Source: Candidatus Bathyarchaeota archaeon (GTDB lineage Archaea > Thermoproteota > Bathyarchaeia > Bathyarchaeales > Bathycorpusculaceae). From it: a stretch of DNA of 64,000 bases. Positions 39,746-51,040 of the stretch are shown here, piece by piece; the stretch's first letter is position 1, and the number at the start of each line of letters is the position of its first letter. The position numbers were made by a program, and so were the translations under genes. Location: positions 32,001-96,000 of the forward strand of contig CAVTZU010000020.1 of the NCBI GenBank assembly GCA_963739305.1. Reading direction: 5' to 3'. Under the pieces are notes generated by a model. The model saw only the letters and a list, made by a program, of their open reading frames with translations, did not search any database and had not been told where the DNA came from.

Positions 39746-41085
39746 AAGAAGCATATGCAGTAGAGATTTCGATGGATTCAGGTTTCTCGCCCCTACTGCG
39801 ATCTCAAATTAAATCCTACTACAGATCCAACCCAGTAGATCTAAAGACAACGTCACCAGTCAAATTCCGCCACTTTCGATTCCGACTTGAAGACACGTCC
39901 TTTTACAAGGTTAAATGTAAAATACGCGATTCACGGGACCTGCGTGAACATCTTGTAAAGAAGGCACCACTAGATGTGTACTACTCTACTGCTTGCTGGC
40001 TCAACCCGCACATACTTGGTAGCAGGGTTGAAAAAGACGTTTTGAAAAATCTAATGATTTCCTGCGATCTTGCCTTTGATATAGACCGCGGTGGCAAATT
40101 GAAACTCGAAGGTGCGAGACAACAAGCCATTGGAATAAATGAATTCCTCAAATCAAAAGGAATCAGTGTGCGCTATTCTGCGTTTTCCGGAAGCAAAGGT
40201 TTTCATGTGGTATGCGACGACCCCTGGAACGACGAGATAACAGAAGAGAATCCTTGGAAACGCGAGTCAGAGGCGATTAGAAGGAGAAAGAGGATAGTGC
40301 AAGAAGCGAAGGAGAGAGGCATAGTCTTCGATGAAAAGGTGACGGTCGACACGCGCCGCATAATCAGGTTGCCAGAAACAATAAATTCAAAGACTGGTTC
40401 CGTGTGCACCGTCTTGAGCAAGAAGGAGCTTGAATCCGACATCTACGAAATAGTTAAATTGGCAAGACGACATGCTATTATTACTCCCAGGATCCCGTTG
40501 CGCAGACGCGTGCGGGAGATGACACATGATTTCATCATGGGCAAAATCCCTGGGTCGGTGGGCCGACTGGGAGTGAGGCCCACACCCGAAGAGAAGCCTT
40601 GTTATTCTACGTTCATCACCAACAACATACCTGGAACAAGGCTCAAGATTCCAATGCTGGAGTTTGGCGGCTGGAGGAAAATGGAGGAGATAACTGGTGT
40701 CATCAAGAAGGTTCAACGCCAGTATGGTCTTGGAGACGTTTTCATCTTTGGCGATGGCAATAGGTTTTCGGCCTTCAGTCTGAAGGCGGTTTCAAGGAGA
40801 AGAGCTGAAAAGATTCTGTTCGCGGCTGGTTCCATGAATTTGAATGCATGCAAGAAATACGGATGTACGTTTATGCGTGTGGGAAAAACCGTTGGAATGA
40901 ACGGGAAGGTCACGCGCAGAGAGCCTGAACTAATAAGAGTGTTGCAGTCTGATCTGCGGGGTCAAGCGAGTAGAACGCATTTCGAGTTCCTGTCATCACT
41001 AGGCGTGAAAACAAGCGGAGAGAATATGGAGTTCTGCGGAGCGCGAAAGGAAAGACTCGAGCTTGTGCATGCCATAATTGAATAG
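39742..41085 (+). CDS. Archaeo-eukaryotic primase (PriS-like) with C-terminal extension
   Basis: DVYYS, motif I DLAFDID, motif II FSGSKGFH, and D.KVT.D.RRIIRLP.TINSKTG. Confidence 0.85.
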   Translation: MKEAYAVEISMDSGFSPLLRSQIKSYYRSNPVDLKTTSPVKFRHFRFRLEDTSFYKVKCKIRDSRDLREHLVKKAPLDVYYSTACWLNPHILGSRVEKDVLKNLMISCDLAFDIDRGGKLKLEGARQQAIGINEFLKSKGISVRYSAFSGSKGFHVVCDDPWNDEITEENPWKRESEAIRRRKRIVQEAKERGIVFDEKVTVDTRRIIRLPETINSKTGSVCTVLSKKELESDIYEIVKLARRHAIITPRIPLRRRVREMTHDFIMGKIPGSVGRLGVRPTPEEKPCYSTFITNNIPGTRLKIPMLEFGGWRKMEEITGVIKKVQRQYGLGDVFIFGDGNRFSAFSLKAVSRRRAEKILFAAGSMNLNACKKYGCTFMRVGKTVGMNGKVTRREPELIRVLQSDLRGQASRTHFEFLSSLGVKTSGENMEFCGARKERLELVHAIIE

Positions 41086-41127
41086 CGTTCACAGGCATCG
41101 GTGCCCTGCGAATTCTTTGTACTCTTG

Positions 41128-41556
41128 TTACGGCAGACCAAAATAATCTCTGACGTCTCTTGTTCGGAAGTAAATGAAAGAGACAACGCTGAAAAGCAAA
41201 GTTGCCAAAGGGATGATAAGCATAAACCAGTTGGAACTCGCGGACCATTCAGCGTTCACCAACATAGCTGAGAGAATCACTAAACTGAAGATTCCTAGAA
41301 CTGTCCAATAGACAAGTGATAGATACCAACCTGGCCGTAAGCCGAGCAACATAATAATAGCGAAGAGGAGACCGAAGAAACCAATGATTGCGGGTGATCC
41401 CGCAACAATCAAGCCGATGAAAGGCAAGCCTGTCAAACCACCCATTGACGGCGCCATAGACACTACAAAGAGTAACATGCCTAGCGCAATTGAAACTGCA
41501 GCCCCCATCAATTGAAGGATTGCTATTCCAACAAGACCCAATGGTCTCTTTGCCAT
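41128..41556 (-). CDS. Four-TM membrane protein
   Basis: KRPLGL..IAIL N-terminus, hydrophobic helices, and C-terminal Y....V..YF. Confidence 0.7.
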   Translation of the reverse strand: MAKRPLGLVGIAILQLMGAAVSIALGMLLFVVSMAPSMGGLTGLPFIGLIVAGSPAIIGFFGLLFAIIMLLGLRPGWYLSLVYWTVLGIFSLVILSAMLVNAEWSASSNWFMLIIPLATLLFSVVSFIYFRTRDVRDYFGLP

Positions 41557-41595
41557 GCTTCATCACCAAACATTAACCTGTGCTTGTCAGGGGTA

Positions 41596-42810
41596 CTATT
41601 TTCCAAAGTTGTTGGCAAGGATGATTATGTCAAAGATGTCCACTTCGTTATCATGGTTGAGGTCTGCTTGACCGTTCCATCTAGGATGCCCGGGATAGAA
41701 CCCGAAAGCTGATGCCGCTTGAACCGCGTCAAGAATGTCTACGATGCCATCAGTGTTCAAGTCTCCGATGAGAGGAACATAGGGTTGCATTAGTGGATAA
41801 CGATCTTGATTGTTCTCGTCAATAACGTAAGGTGTATCTCCTATGCCGTCACTTCCAGTCTCATTCTGATAAGGACCTTTAGAGACGTCTGTTCCATTAT
41901 AATCACTCCAAGAGTTTCCGCCAGAAGGATAACCATCATCCCAAACGTTCACTGAGTTGCTAATTACTTGCTGAGCGTTGTTGATGAAATTGTTGTGGAA
42001 AATGCTGTTATAGCTTGAAGAATAGTAAAGATAGATACCATGCCCGTTGTTTGTTATGTTGTTGTCAGAAATGCTGTTATAGCTTGAAGAATAGTCAAGA
42101 TAAAGGTAGATGCCGTACCCGTTGTTTGCTGTTATGTCGTTTCCACAAATGGTGTTATAGCTTGAAGAATAGTAAAGCCAGATGCCATCCCCGTTGTTTG
42201 TTATGTTGTTTCCAGAAATGCCGTTGTTTGAAGAATCGTAGAGATAGATTCCGTAATATTTGTTTGCCGTTATGTTGTTTATAGAAATGGTGTTATGATT
42301 ACTGGAGGCATGGAGATAGATGCCAATATTACCGTTGATTGTTATGTTGTTCCCAGAGATGATGTTATAAGAGGAGCCATAAAGATAGGTGCCAACCCTG
42401 TTGTTTGCCGTTATGTTGTTTCCAACAATGGTGTTGTCTGAAGAGTTCCCCAGAAAGACGCCGTAATCGTAGTTCCTGATGTTTGTGTTTTTGATCGTTA
42501 CGTTGCTTCTTCCAGTTATGTCTGTTCCTCTGGACTCATAAGCATATGTTCCTAGGAGCGCGTAGCCTGCGCCATCCACCATAATGTTGTCTCTCTCAAT
42601 CACGATTCCACCATAATCGCTTGTGATGTTGCCAGTTAGTGTGTAGACATCCCCGTTTCGCTGAATCGGAGCTGTCGATGGGTCTATGCCTCCGTCAGCC
42701 CGTATGTAAATGGTTCCACTTGCTCGAACTGGTTGAATGTTGAACGCCAAACTGAACATGCTCACCAATAGAAGAGTCAGCATAGTTCCGAGAACTACTC
42801 TCTTTGACAT
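41596..42810 (-). CDS. Secreted NosD-like parallel beta-helix protein with dockerin-like domain (array gene 1)
   Basis: Signal peptide, TIYIRADG, GIYL..SS.N.I..NNIT repeats, WDDGYPSGGN and GDLN.DG.VDI.D...DLNHDNEVDIFD. Confidence 0.9.
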   Translation of the reverse strand: MSKRVVLGTMLTLLLVSMFSLAFNIQPVRASGTIYIRADGGIDPSTAPIQRNGDVYTLTGNITSDYGGIVIERDNIMVDGAGYALLGTYAYESRGTDITGRSNVTIKNTNIRNYDYGVFLGNSSDNTIVGNNITANNRVGTYLYGSSYNIISGNNITINGNIGIYLHASSNHNTISINNITANKYYGIYLYDSSNNGISGNNITNNGDGIWLYYSSSYNTICGNDITANNGYGIYLYLDYSSSYNSISDNNITNNGHGIYLYYSSSYNSIFHNNFINNAQQVISNSVNVWDDGYPSGGNSWSDYNGTDVSKGPYQNETGSDGIGDTPYVIDENNQDRYPLMQPYVPLIGDLNTDGIVDILDAVQAASAFGFYPGHPRWNGQADLNHDNEVDIFDIIILANNFGK

Positions 42811-42825
42811 TGTCTCCTCCAAATG

Positions 42826-45800
42826 CTAATGTTTTCCAAAGTTGTTGGCAAGATGATTATGTCAAAGATGTCCACTTCGTTGTCATGGTTGAGGTCTGCG
42901 TGACTGTTCCATCTCGGATGCCCAGGATAAGACCCGAATGCAGATGCCGCTTGAACCGCGTCAAGAATGTCTACGACGCCGTCAAGGTTTAGGTCTCCAG
43001 CAATAGGAAGATACTGTCTCTGTGGCAAAAGAGGATAATTGTCACGATTGTATGCGTCGATAACATACGGTGTATCGCCTATTCCGTCACTGCCAGTTTC
43101 GTTTTGACATAGCCCATTGTAGAAATCAGTGCCAGTGTAGTCACTCCAGTAATTGCCGCCAGAAGGATAACCATTGTCCCATTTGTTGCTAGAAGAGTTT
43201 GCGAGAAAGACTTGATCTGAGTTATTTATGAAATTGTTGTGATTAAAAGTATTGTCGTGCACGTCAAGATCTTCTATTTTGACACCCAGCGAATTGTTCT
43301 CTATTTCATTATCGATGATCGTATTGAAAGCGCAATATAATGGGGGGATTGCACCGGAATACAATTCAATTCCATTGCTACAGTTTCTTATGGTGTTGCT
43401 CCTCAGGGTATTGTTTTGTGATTCTGATAGGACTAATCCACAATAGCGCGCGCCCGATATGGCGTTATTGTATACGATGTTAGCTAACGATCTAAACAGA
43501 TAAAGACCAGTACTAGTGTTGACCACGGTGTTACTGTAAAGTGCATTCCCATTCGACTGGCCTGCATGGATACCAAATTCAGTGCACGCGTCCAGAAAAT
43601 TGTCGTGTATGATGTTGTCACTGGATTCCCAAAGGCTGAGGCCATATTCATCATGAATAAAAGCGTTATTACATATGATGCTGTAATTCGAAAACGACAA
43701 CTGAATGCCAGCGTCAAAAGAATTGGATCCACTATTCTGTGCAGTAAAACCCGTCACTGTTACATTGTCTTCTACTATCTTCACAACTGCTCCATAATTA
43801 CTTCCATCTATAATCGTCGCGTCCCTGCATTCTCCAATAAGCGATATGCTCTTGTTCACAACTACGTGTTCCGTGTAGGCTCCGTTTCTGACAAAGATTG
43901 TATGTCCATTCACAGTCTCTGGAGCATCGATTGCAGATTGGACAGTCAGATAGACCAGACTTGTGTTGAGATTTTGAATTGAGCCATAAAGATGAATCAA
44001 CGGATAGTTATCTATATTGCTGGCGTCAATAACACGTGCTGAATCTCCTATTCCATCGCTCCCAGTCTCGTTCTGATAAGGACCATTGTAGGCGTCTATG
44101 CCTGTGCAGTCGCTCCAGTAGTTGCCGCCAGAAGGATAACCACCTTCCCAAACGTTTTCAAGAGAATCGCTAGTGGAGACCTGAGGGCTATTATTAACAA
44201 AACTATTATGAAAAATCATGTTGTTTGACGACTTGAACAATCGAAGCCCATCATTATCGGTGTAGGCTACTGTATTGTCTGTCAAGACGTTATTGTTGGA
44301 TAACCAAGTCAGCAGAATGCCGTAGAAGAGGTTGTCGGTTACGTTGTTGCCTGAGATAATATTGCTAGATGAGCCATAAAGAATGATGCCGTCACCGTTG
44401 TCTGCCACGTTGTTACCTCCTATGGTGTTGTTAAGTGAGTCTTTGATATAGATGCCATCCCATCCTGCGACTCTCACATTGTTGTCTAGAATAATATTGT
44501 TAGACGAACTAAGGAGACTAATGCCGTTCAAGTTGTCTACTACCTTATTGCCAAAGATAGTATTGTTGGACGAGCCGGAAAGCATGATGCCAGAAAGCCA
44601 ATAATATGCTCTACCGCAATTCTTTACCGTGAATCCACCAAACTTTACACCGTCCAATACTGTAACAGTATTTCCATTCAACCTGCCATCGATAATTGTG
44701 GTATCTCTGTTTTCTCCAAAAAGCGACACGGGTTTATTGACAACAATGTTTTCGTAATAGGTTCCTGCCTCAGCGAAGAGTGTGTGCCCTTCTAACGTTT
44801 CGTTTGCGTCTATGGCTCCTTGAATTGTCGCGTAGCCCAATCCAGTGTTAATATTGTGTACTGGCAGAGGGCTCCAAGGATGTATAAGCGGATAACGGTC
44901 TTTGTTGTCAGCATCAATAACGTATGGTGCATCTCCTATTCCGTCGCCATTCGCGTCCACACCAGAATAGTCACTCCAATAGTTACCGCCACTTTGATAA
45001 CCATCATCCCACACATCGCTAACAGACGCTGCGACATATGCTTGTGGCCTCCTCACGTTTCCGAAAAAGTTATTGTGGAAAATGGTATTATTAGAAGAAA
45101 CCATGTTTAGGCCATACTTATGATTGCTTGTTACATTATTCTTGATTATCAAGTTCTCGTAAGAAGACTCTAGCAGGACGCCATCATCCGTATTATCTGT
45201 TATTGTGTTGTTAGCAATAAGGTTATGATTAGAAGAGTGCAACTCGATACCGCTGTAACCATTCTCGGCAATATGATTGCCAATAACAGTGTTATTGCTG
45301 GCAGAAGATACAAACCAAATACCGCCCCAACCATTGCTAGTTATGGTATTGTTGCTTATAATGACATTTTCTGAGTAATCCCAACCATAGAATTCGACAC
45401 CATTCCGAACATTATTCTCTACGGTGTTGTTTACTATGTTGTTTTTCGAGCTCGAAAATCTTCCACTCACGCCATAACTATTGTGGCTTATGTTGTTGCT
45501 CACTATGTCGTTGTTCTTAGAGTAACCTAAGTCAATGCCGTAATTATTGTTCGTTATAGCGTTGCTTGCAACGATGTTGCTGTTAGAGTCTTTCCATAGC
45601 AAAATTCCAAACATTTGATTGTTGGTTACGATATTACCATAAATCGTGTTGCCAACTGAGTAGTTCAAGAACATACCGTATTCAAAATTCGTAATCTGTG
45701 TTCCCTTGATGGTAACATTACTTCTGCCGTTTAAGAAGAGACCATAACCAGTCCTTGTGCCTTGAAGTGTGTATCCGTTTCCGTCAATTATCACGTTGCT

Positions 45801-46022
45801 TCTCTCAACCACAACCCCATCGGCATCGCTGGTGATGTTACCAGTGAAGGTATAAGTTACATAATCAACGGTTGAAATTGGGGCATCAGGGGGGTCTATG
45901 CTTCCGTCAGCCCTTATGTAAATGGTTCCTTCTGCCCTAGCTGGTTGAATGTTGAGCGCCAAGCTGAACATGCTCACCAATAGGAGAGTCAGCATAGTTC
46001 CGAGAATTACTCTGTTTGACAT
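42826..46022 (-). CDS. Secreted triple beta-helix protein with dockerin-like domain (array gene 2; -1 frameshift near 42851)
   Basis: Three beta-helix modules, each ending WD.GY.SGGNYWSD. Restoring one base gives the shared ...ILANNFGKH* ending. Confidence 0.88.
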
Positions 46023-46038
46023 TTGTCTCCTCCAAATG

Positions 46039-48639
46039 CTAATGTTTTCCAAAGTTGTTGGCTAAGATGATTATGTCAAAGATGTCCACTTCGTTGTCAT
46101 GGTTGAGGTCTGCTTGACCGTTCCAGTTAGGATGCCCAGGGTAGGAACCGAATGCTGATGCCGCTTGAACCGCGTCAAGAATATCAACGACGCCATCCTG
46201 GTTCAAGTCTCCTAACGCCGTTTTAGATTGTTGGCCAATGTACGCGTAATGAGCATTATTGAAATTATAATCTAATGTAACATCGCTGAGTGTGCTGTTC
46301 AACAGGAAAGTGTCAACTAGAATACTTTCGAAGGCTATGTCAGATTCGACTTGCTCACCAACCCCAACTCCCCGTGCTATCTGAAGAGTCAACTGAGCCA
46401 AAATTCCGTTGCCTGAAAACCCATTGATGCCCGGCCCTACACTTCCGCCGTAAACAACCAGTCCGGGAACTGACGTGTCTGGACCTGCAAATATGGGGTT
46501 TTTGCCTGCAAAAACATTGTCCGACGGCACGGATATAGCGGCGAAGCTCAACAGCGATGGATCCCACTGTACCCCAACCTGCCAACAGCCCAGGTCGACA
46601 GCGCCGGTAACTGTTATATTGACGACAAACGTGTCTCCGACACTTTTCTGAGCTGATGAAAAGCTGAAATTACCTGAACCGTCAGCAACGTTGACAAGTG
46701 CCACAGTTCGTGACACTTCAGGCGCACTCATTAATGGATAGTTATCTTTGTTGTCTCCATCAATAATGTATGGCGTGTCACCTATGCCGTCGCTTCCAGT
46801 CTCGTTCTGATAGGGACCCCTGTACAAATCAGTGCCACTGTAGTCGCTCCAGTAGTTGCCACCACTTGGATAACCATCATCCCAAACATTGTTCGACCCC
46901 CAATAGACTTGATCCGTGTTGTTTACGAAATTGTTGTGGTATATCCTGTTATCGTTACACTTCCACAATATATACATACCATACTCGTTGCTTATCACGT
47001 CATTTCCAGAGATAACATTGTAATCACACTCCTCACCCGCGCTATAACCGATCAAGTAGAAACCAAAGCTATTGTTTGTTATCTGATTGTTCGAAATAGT
47101 GTTGTAAAAACTATCCAGGATGTAAATGCCCAGTTTATTGTTTTTTATGACATTTCCCGAAATGTTGTTTAAATTGGACCACGATATTCTTATTCCGGAA
47201 TCGTAGTATGGCTCATTTTCGGCGGCTATCTTTCCACTATTCTGTATTGTAAATCCACTGAGAGTGACATTTTCTACAGAATCCCAAAAACCCCCTATGT
47301 CAACTACTGTTCCCGTTTCTTGACCGTCAATTATCGTTGCGTCTTTGTTTTCTCCGATAAGCGACATTGGCTTGTTAACATGAACATTTTCGCGGTATAT
47401 TCCAGCTTCAACGAAAACTGTATCTCCCCAGTTGGCAGCGTTTATAGCCTCTTGAATTGTTGCGTATCCCAATCCCGTGTTGATGTTATGAACTGGCAGA
47501 GGACTCCAAGGATGCATAAGCGGATAACGATCCTTATTGTCAGCGTCAATAACGTAGGGAGTGTCACCGATACCATCGCCATCAGCATCTATGCCAGCGT
47601 AACTGCTCCAGTAGTTCCCGCCCGATGGATAACCATCATCCCAAAGGTTTGAATGCTCACCTGAAACATAAACTTGGTTTGTATTATTAATGAAGTTGTT
47701 GTGGATAATCGTGTTATTCTCACCTGAACCATAGAGAAAGATTCCCTGCATGTTGTCTTTAATGGTATTGCCTGAAATGATATTATTGTAATGAAATTGA
47801 ACGTAGATTCCAGACGACCAAGAAGATCCAGAGTTGTTTACGACAGTGTTACCGAATATGCTGTTGTTATCGGCCATTAGAGTAATTCCATATTGTCCGT
47901 TTGAGGAAACTATGTTGCCAGAAAGCGTATTGTTGTGTGCACCATTCAAGACTATTCCATCGACCCTACTTGAAGATACAACATTGCCTGAAAGAATGTT
48001 GCCGGGTCCAATCCCCCAAAGCTCGATTCCGTACATACTTGAGGAAACGACGTTACCGGACAGGTTATTATTAGAGGAATCATACAGGTAGATTCCGCTC
48101 CCACCACCTGTGATTGTGTTGCTGGTAATGTTGTTGTTGTTTGAATTTTGAATGTAAATTCCATAACTGTTGTTTGTTGCATTATTATGGGAAAGGATGT
48201 TTTGGTTAGATTCCCAAAGCACCGCGATCCCATAACCGTTGTCTGTGGCAATGACGTTTTCTACCTTACAGTCTATGGAACTATGTAAATTGATCCCGTA
48301 GTAGAATTTCTTGACATTTGTGTTCTTGATGGTTACGTTGCCTCTCCCGGAAAGTGATATTCCTTCAGAGTACGAAGCTCCCATTCCTTGAACCGTGTAG
48401 CCTGCGCCGTCCACAAAAATGTTATCCCTCTCAATCACAATCGAATCGTTAATGTTATCCGTAAAAGTGTAAGTGATGTTGTCAACGGTCGAAATTGGTG
48501 TTATCGGTGGGTCTACGCTTCCGTCAGCCCGTATGTAAATGGTTCCGCTTGCTCGAACTGGTTGAATGCTAAGCGCCAAGCTGAACATATTCACCAGTAG
48601 AAGAGTCATCATGATTCCGAGGACTACTCTCTTTGACAT
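46039..48639 (-). CDS. Secreted double beta-helix protein with cohesin-like and dockerin-like domains (array gene 3)
   Basis: Two beta-helix modules, then VGDTFVVNITV....DL..WQV...WDPSLL...G.GILA.LT (cohesin-like), then the dockerin. Confidence 0.88.
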   Translation of the reverse strand: MSKRVVLGIMMTLLLVNMFSLALSIQPVRASGTIYIRADGSVDPPITPISTVDNITYTFTDNINDSIVIERDNIFVDGAGYTVQGMGASYSEGISLSGRGNVTIKNTNVKKFYYGINLHSSIDCKVENVIATDNGYGIAVLWESNQNILSHNNATNNSYGIYIQNSNNNNITSNTITGGGSGIYLYDSSNNNLSGNVVSSSMYGIELWGIGPGNILSGNVVSSSRVDGIVLNGAHNNTLSGNIVSSNGQYGITLMADNNSIFGNTVVNNSGSSWSSGIYVQFHYNNIISGNTIKDNMQGIFLYGSGENNTIIHNNFINNTNQVYVSGEHSNLWDDGYPSGGNYWSSYAGIDADGDGIGDTPYVIDADNKDRYPLMHPWSPLPVHNINTGLGYATIQEAINAANWGDTVFVEAGIYRENVHVNKPMSLIGENKDATIIDGQETGTVVDIGGFWDSVENVTLSGFTIQNSGKIAAENEPYYDSGIRISWSNLNNISGNVIKNNKLGIYILDSFYNTISNNQITNNSFGFYLIGYSAGEECDYNVISGNDVISNEYGMYILWKCNDNRIYHNNFVNNTDQVYWGSNNVWDDGYPSGGNYWSDYSGTDLYRGPYQNETGSDGIGDTPYIIDGDNKDNYPLMSAPEVSRTVALVNVADGSGNFSFSSAQKSVGDTFVVNITVTGAVDLGCWQVGVQWDPSLLSFAAISVPSDNVFAGKNPIFAGPDTSVPGLVVYGGSVGPGINGFSGNGILAQLTLQIARGVGVGEQVESDIAFESILVDTFLLNSTLSDVTLDYNFNNAHYAYIGQQSKTALGDLNQDGVVDILDAVQAASAFGSYPGHPNWNGQADLNHDNEVDIFDIIILANNFGKH

Positions 48640-48654
48640 TGTCTCCTCCAAATG

Positions 48655-50895
48655 CTAGTGTTTTCCGAAGTTATTGGCTAGGATGATAATGTCAAAGATG
48701 TCTACTTCGTTGTCATGGTTGAGGTCTGCTTGACCGTTCCATCGGGGATGCCCGGGGTATGAGCCGAAAGCCAAAGCTGCCAATATCGCGTCTGATATGT
48801 CAACGGTCTTGTCGAGATTCAGGTCTCCGGCAATAGGAACATACTGTGACTGTGGCAAAAGAGGATAATTGTCCCGATTATCTGCGTCAATAACATATGG
48901 CGTATCTCCTATTCCGTCGCTTCCAGTCTCGTTCTGATATAGCCCTTTGTAGATGTCAGTGCCGTCGTAATCGCTCCAATAGTTGCCGCCAGAAGGATAA
49001 CCATCATCCCAAATATTCAAAAGACTGCCGTAGACTTGGGCATTCTCTTTGAAAAAGTTGTTGTGATAAATGACCGCTCCACCAGTTTCAGTTAGTCCGA
49101 TATTGTATGTGTTGTTCTGAAGCAGATTTGAGCAAATCGCATTGCCGCTTCCACACTCCCACAGCACGATGCCAAACTCTTTGTTGTTAACTACGTTGTT
49201 ATCGTGAAGAGTGTTATTAGCCCCCCATTTTATGTGTATGCCTCTGTTGTTGTTTCCCACATAATTATCCATCACAGTATCGTTATTGGAATCGCCCAAG
49301 AAAACTCCGTCGTATTGATTATCACTTATGATATTAGTGCTTATACTAATACCATTAGAGTAGGTCGCATGAATGCCATCTACTCCATTTTGTATAGTAA
49401 AACCAATGATGGCAACACCGTTCGCACTTACCGAAACAACGTTTCCAGTTTCGTTACCGTCAATGATTGTGGTCTCTCTATCTTCTCCTATGAGCATCAA
49501 AGATTTGTTTACTACCACATTTTCGTAATATGCTCCATCGTCTACAAATATTGTATGTCCTTCCAAAGTTTCTGGGGCGTTTATGGCTTCTTGAATTGTT
49601 GCATAGTCCAACCCTGTGTTGATGTTGTGAACTGGAAGGGGATTCCAAGGACTTATTAGCGGATAGTGATCCACATTGTTCGAGAAAACGCTGTATGGCG
49701 TGTCTCCTTTGCCGTCGCTTCCAGTCATGTTCTGATAAGGACCACTGAACAAGTCAACGTCATCATAGTCGCTCCAGAAATTGCCGCCAGAAGGATAACC
49801 ATCATCCCAGACACTAGCATAATAGGAATCATAGACGTATGCTTGTCGGGTGTTGTCGATGAAGTTGTTATGGTACACTTTATTGGATGAAGAATACGAA
49901 ACGCCGACACCGCAACCGTTGTCTGAAATGTTGTTTCCACTAACAATGTTGGACGATGAATAAGAGAAGTAGATGCCAGCCCAGACGTTTGCCGTTATGT
50001 TGTTTCCAATGATGCTGTTGTTGTCTGAAGAAAATTCGAGCACGATACCATACATGCCGTTTGCAGTTATCTCATTTCCACTTACCATGTTGGATGAGGA
50101 ATAAGAGAGGTAGATGCCGTGCCTATGGTTTGCCATTAAGTTGTTTCCACTTATTCTTGCGTCGGTTGTCTGCCACAATTCCACGCCAATAGCCGTGTTG
50201 GATAGGTTGAGATTTTCCACTGTTATGCGACTGCAGTTAATGAGTATGACCTGCCCAGCATCTTCAACAGCATAGTCTGTAACTCCTTCGAGATAAACAA
50301 GGGGTTTGCCGTTCACCAGATTACCGAAAACAACATTGTCACTTGAAAACATTACCAGTAGGCCATTGTCGAAAAACGTGTTTTCGCTAATTATGTTGTT
50401 AGAAGAGGAATCAAGACGGATGCCAAAATCGTCGTTTGTTGTTATGTCGTTTCCGCTTACATTATTATATGACGAATACTCGAGATGGATTCCCTCAAAG
50501 TTGCTTGCAATGCTATTTCCGATAATGCTGTTGTTTGAAGAAGAGTCAAGCCCGACGCCATCAGAGAATGTTGTGATTTCCGTGTTTTTGATAGTCAGGT
50601 TGCTTCTTCCTGAAAGCGTTATTCCTGTTCCGCTTCCTGTTCCTTGAACGGTGTAGCCTGCTCCGTCAACCACAATGTTATCTCTCTCAATAACAATAGA
50701 ATCATTGATGTTATCAGTAAAAGTGTACGTTACATTGTCAACGCTCGAAATTCGAGCATCTGGAGGGTCTATGCTTCCGTCTGCCCTAATGTAAATGGTT
50801 CCTTCTGCCCTAGCTGGTTGAATGTGAAACGCCAACGTCAACATGCTAGTCAACAGCAAAATGAATATAACTACAGAAAACACTCGCTTCAGCAA
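48655..50895 (-). CDS. Secreted double beta-helix protein with dockerin-like domain (array gene 4)
   Basis: Same modular motifs as the other array genes, with its own upstream repeat. Confidence 0.9.
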   Translation of the reverse strand: MLKRVFSVVIFILLLTSMLTLAFHIQPARAEGTIYIRADGSIDPPDARISSVDNVTYTFTDNINDSIVIERDNIVVDGAGYTVQGTGSGTGITLSGRSNLTIKNTEITTFSDGVGLDSSSNNSIIGNSIASNFEGIHLEYSSYNNVSGNDITTNDDFGIRLDSSSNNIISENTFFDNGLLVMFSSDNVVFGNLVNGKPLVYLEGVTDYAVEDAGQVILINCSRITVENLNLSNTAIGVELWQTTDARISGNNLMANHRHGIYLSYSSSNMVSGNEITANGMYGIVLEFSSDNNSIIGNNITANVWAGIYFSYSSSNIVSGNNISDNGCGVGVSYSSSNKVYHNNFIDNTRQAYVYDSYYASVWDDGYPSGGNFWSDYDDVDLFSGPYQNMTGSDGKGDTPYSVFSNNVDHYPLISPWNPLPVHNINTGLDYATIQEAINAPETLEGHTIFVDDGAYYENVVVNKSLMLIGEDRETTIIDGNETGNVVSVSANGVAIIGFTIQNGVDGIHATYSNGISISTNIISDNQYDGVFLGDSNNDTVMDNYVGNNNRGIHIKWGANNTLHDNNVVNNKEFGIVLWECGSGNAICSNLLQNNTYNIGLTETGGAVIYHNNFFKENAQVYGSLLNIWDDGYPSGGNYWSDYDGTDIYKGLYQNETGSDGIGDTPYVIDADNRDNYPLLPQSQYVPIAGDLNLDKTVDISDAILAALAFGSYPGHPRWNGQADLNHDNEVDIFDIIILANNFGKH

Positions 50896-51040
50896 TCCCC
50901 GTTCCCCAACCTACATACGTGTAATCGCTAGATATGACTTGTGAAACAAACTTCTATTGCACTTCGATTGGTCAGAGGGCACGAGTGAAACGCTAGCACG
51001 CGCTAAGTCGTTAATAGAAGCGGCAATGAAACCCAGGAAG

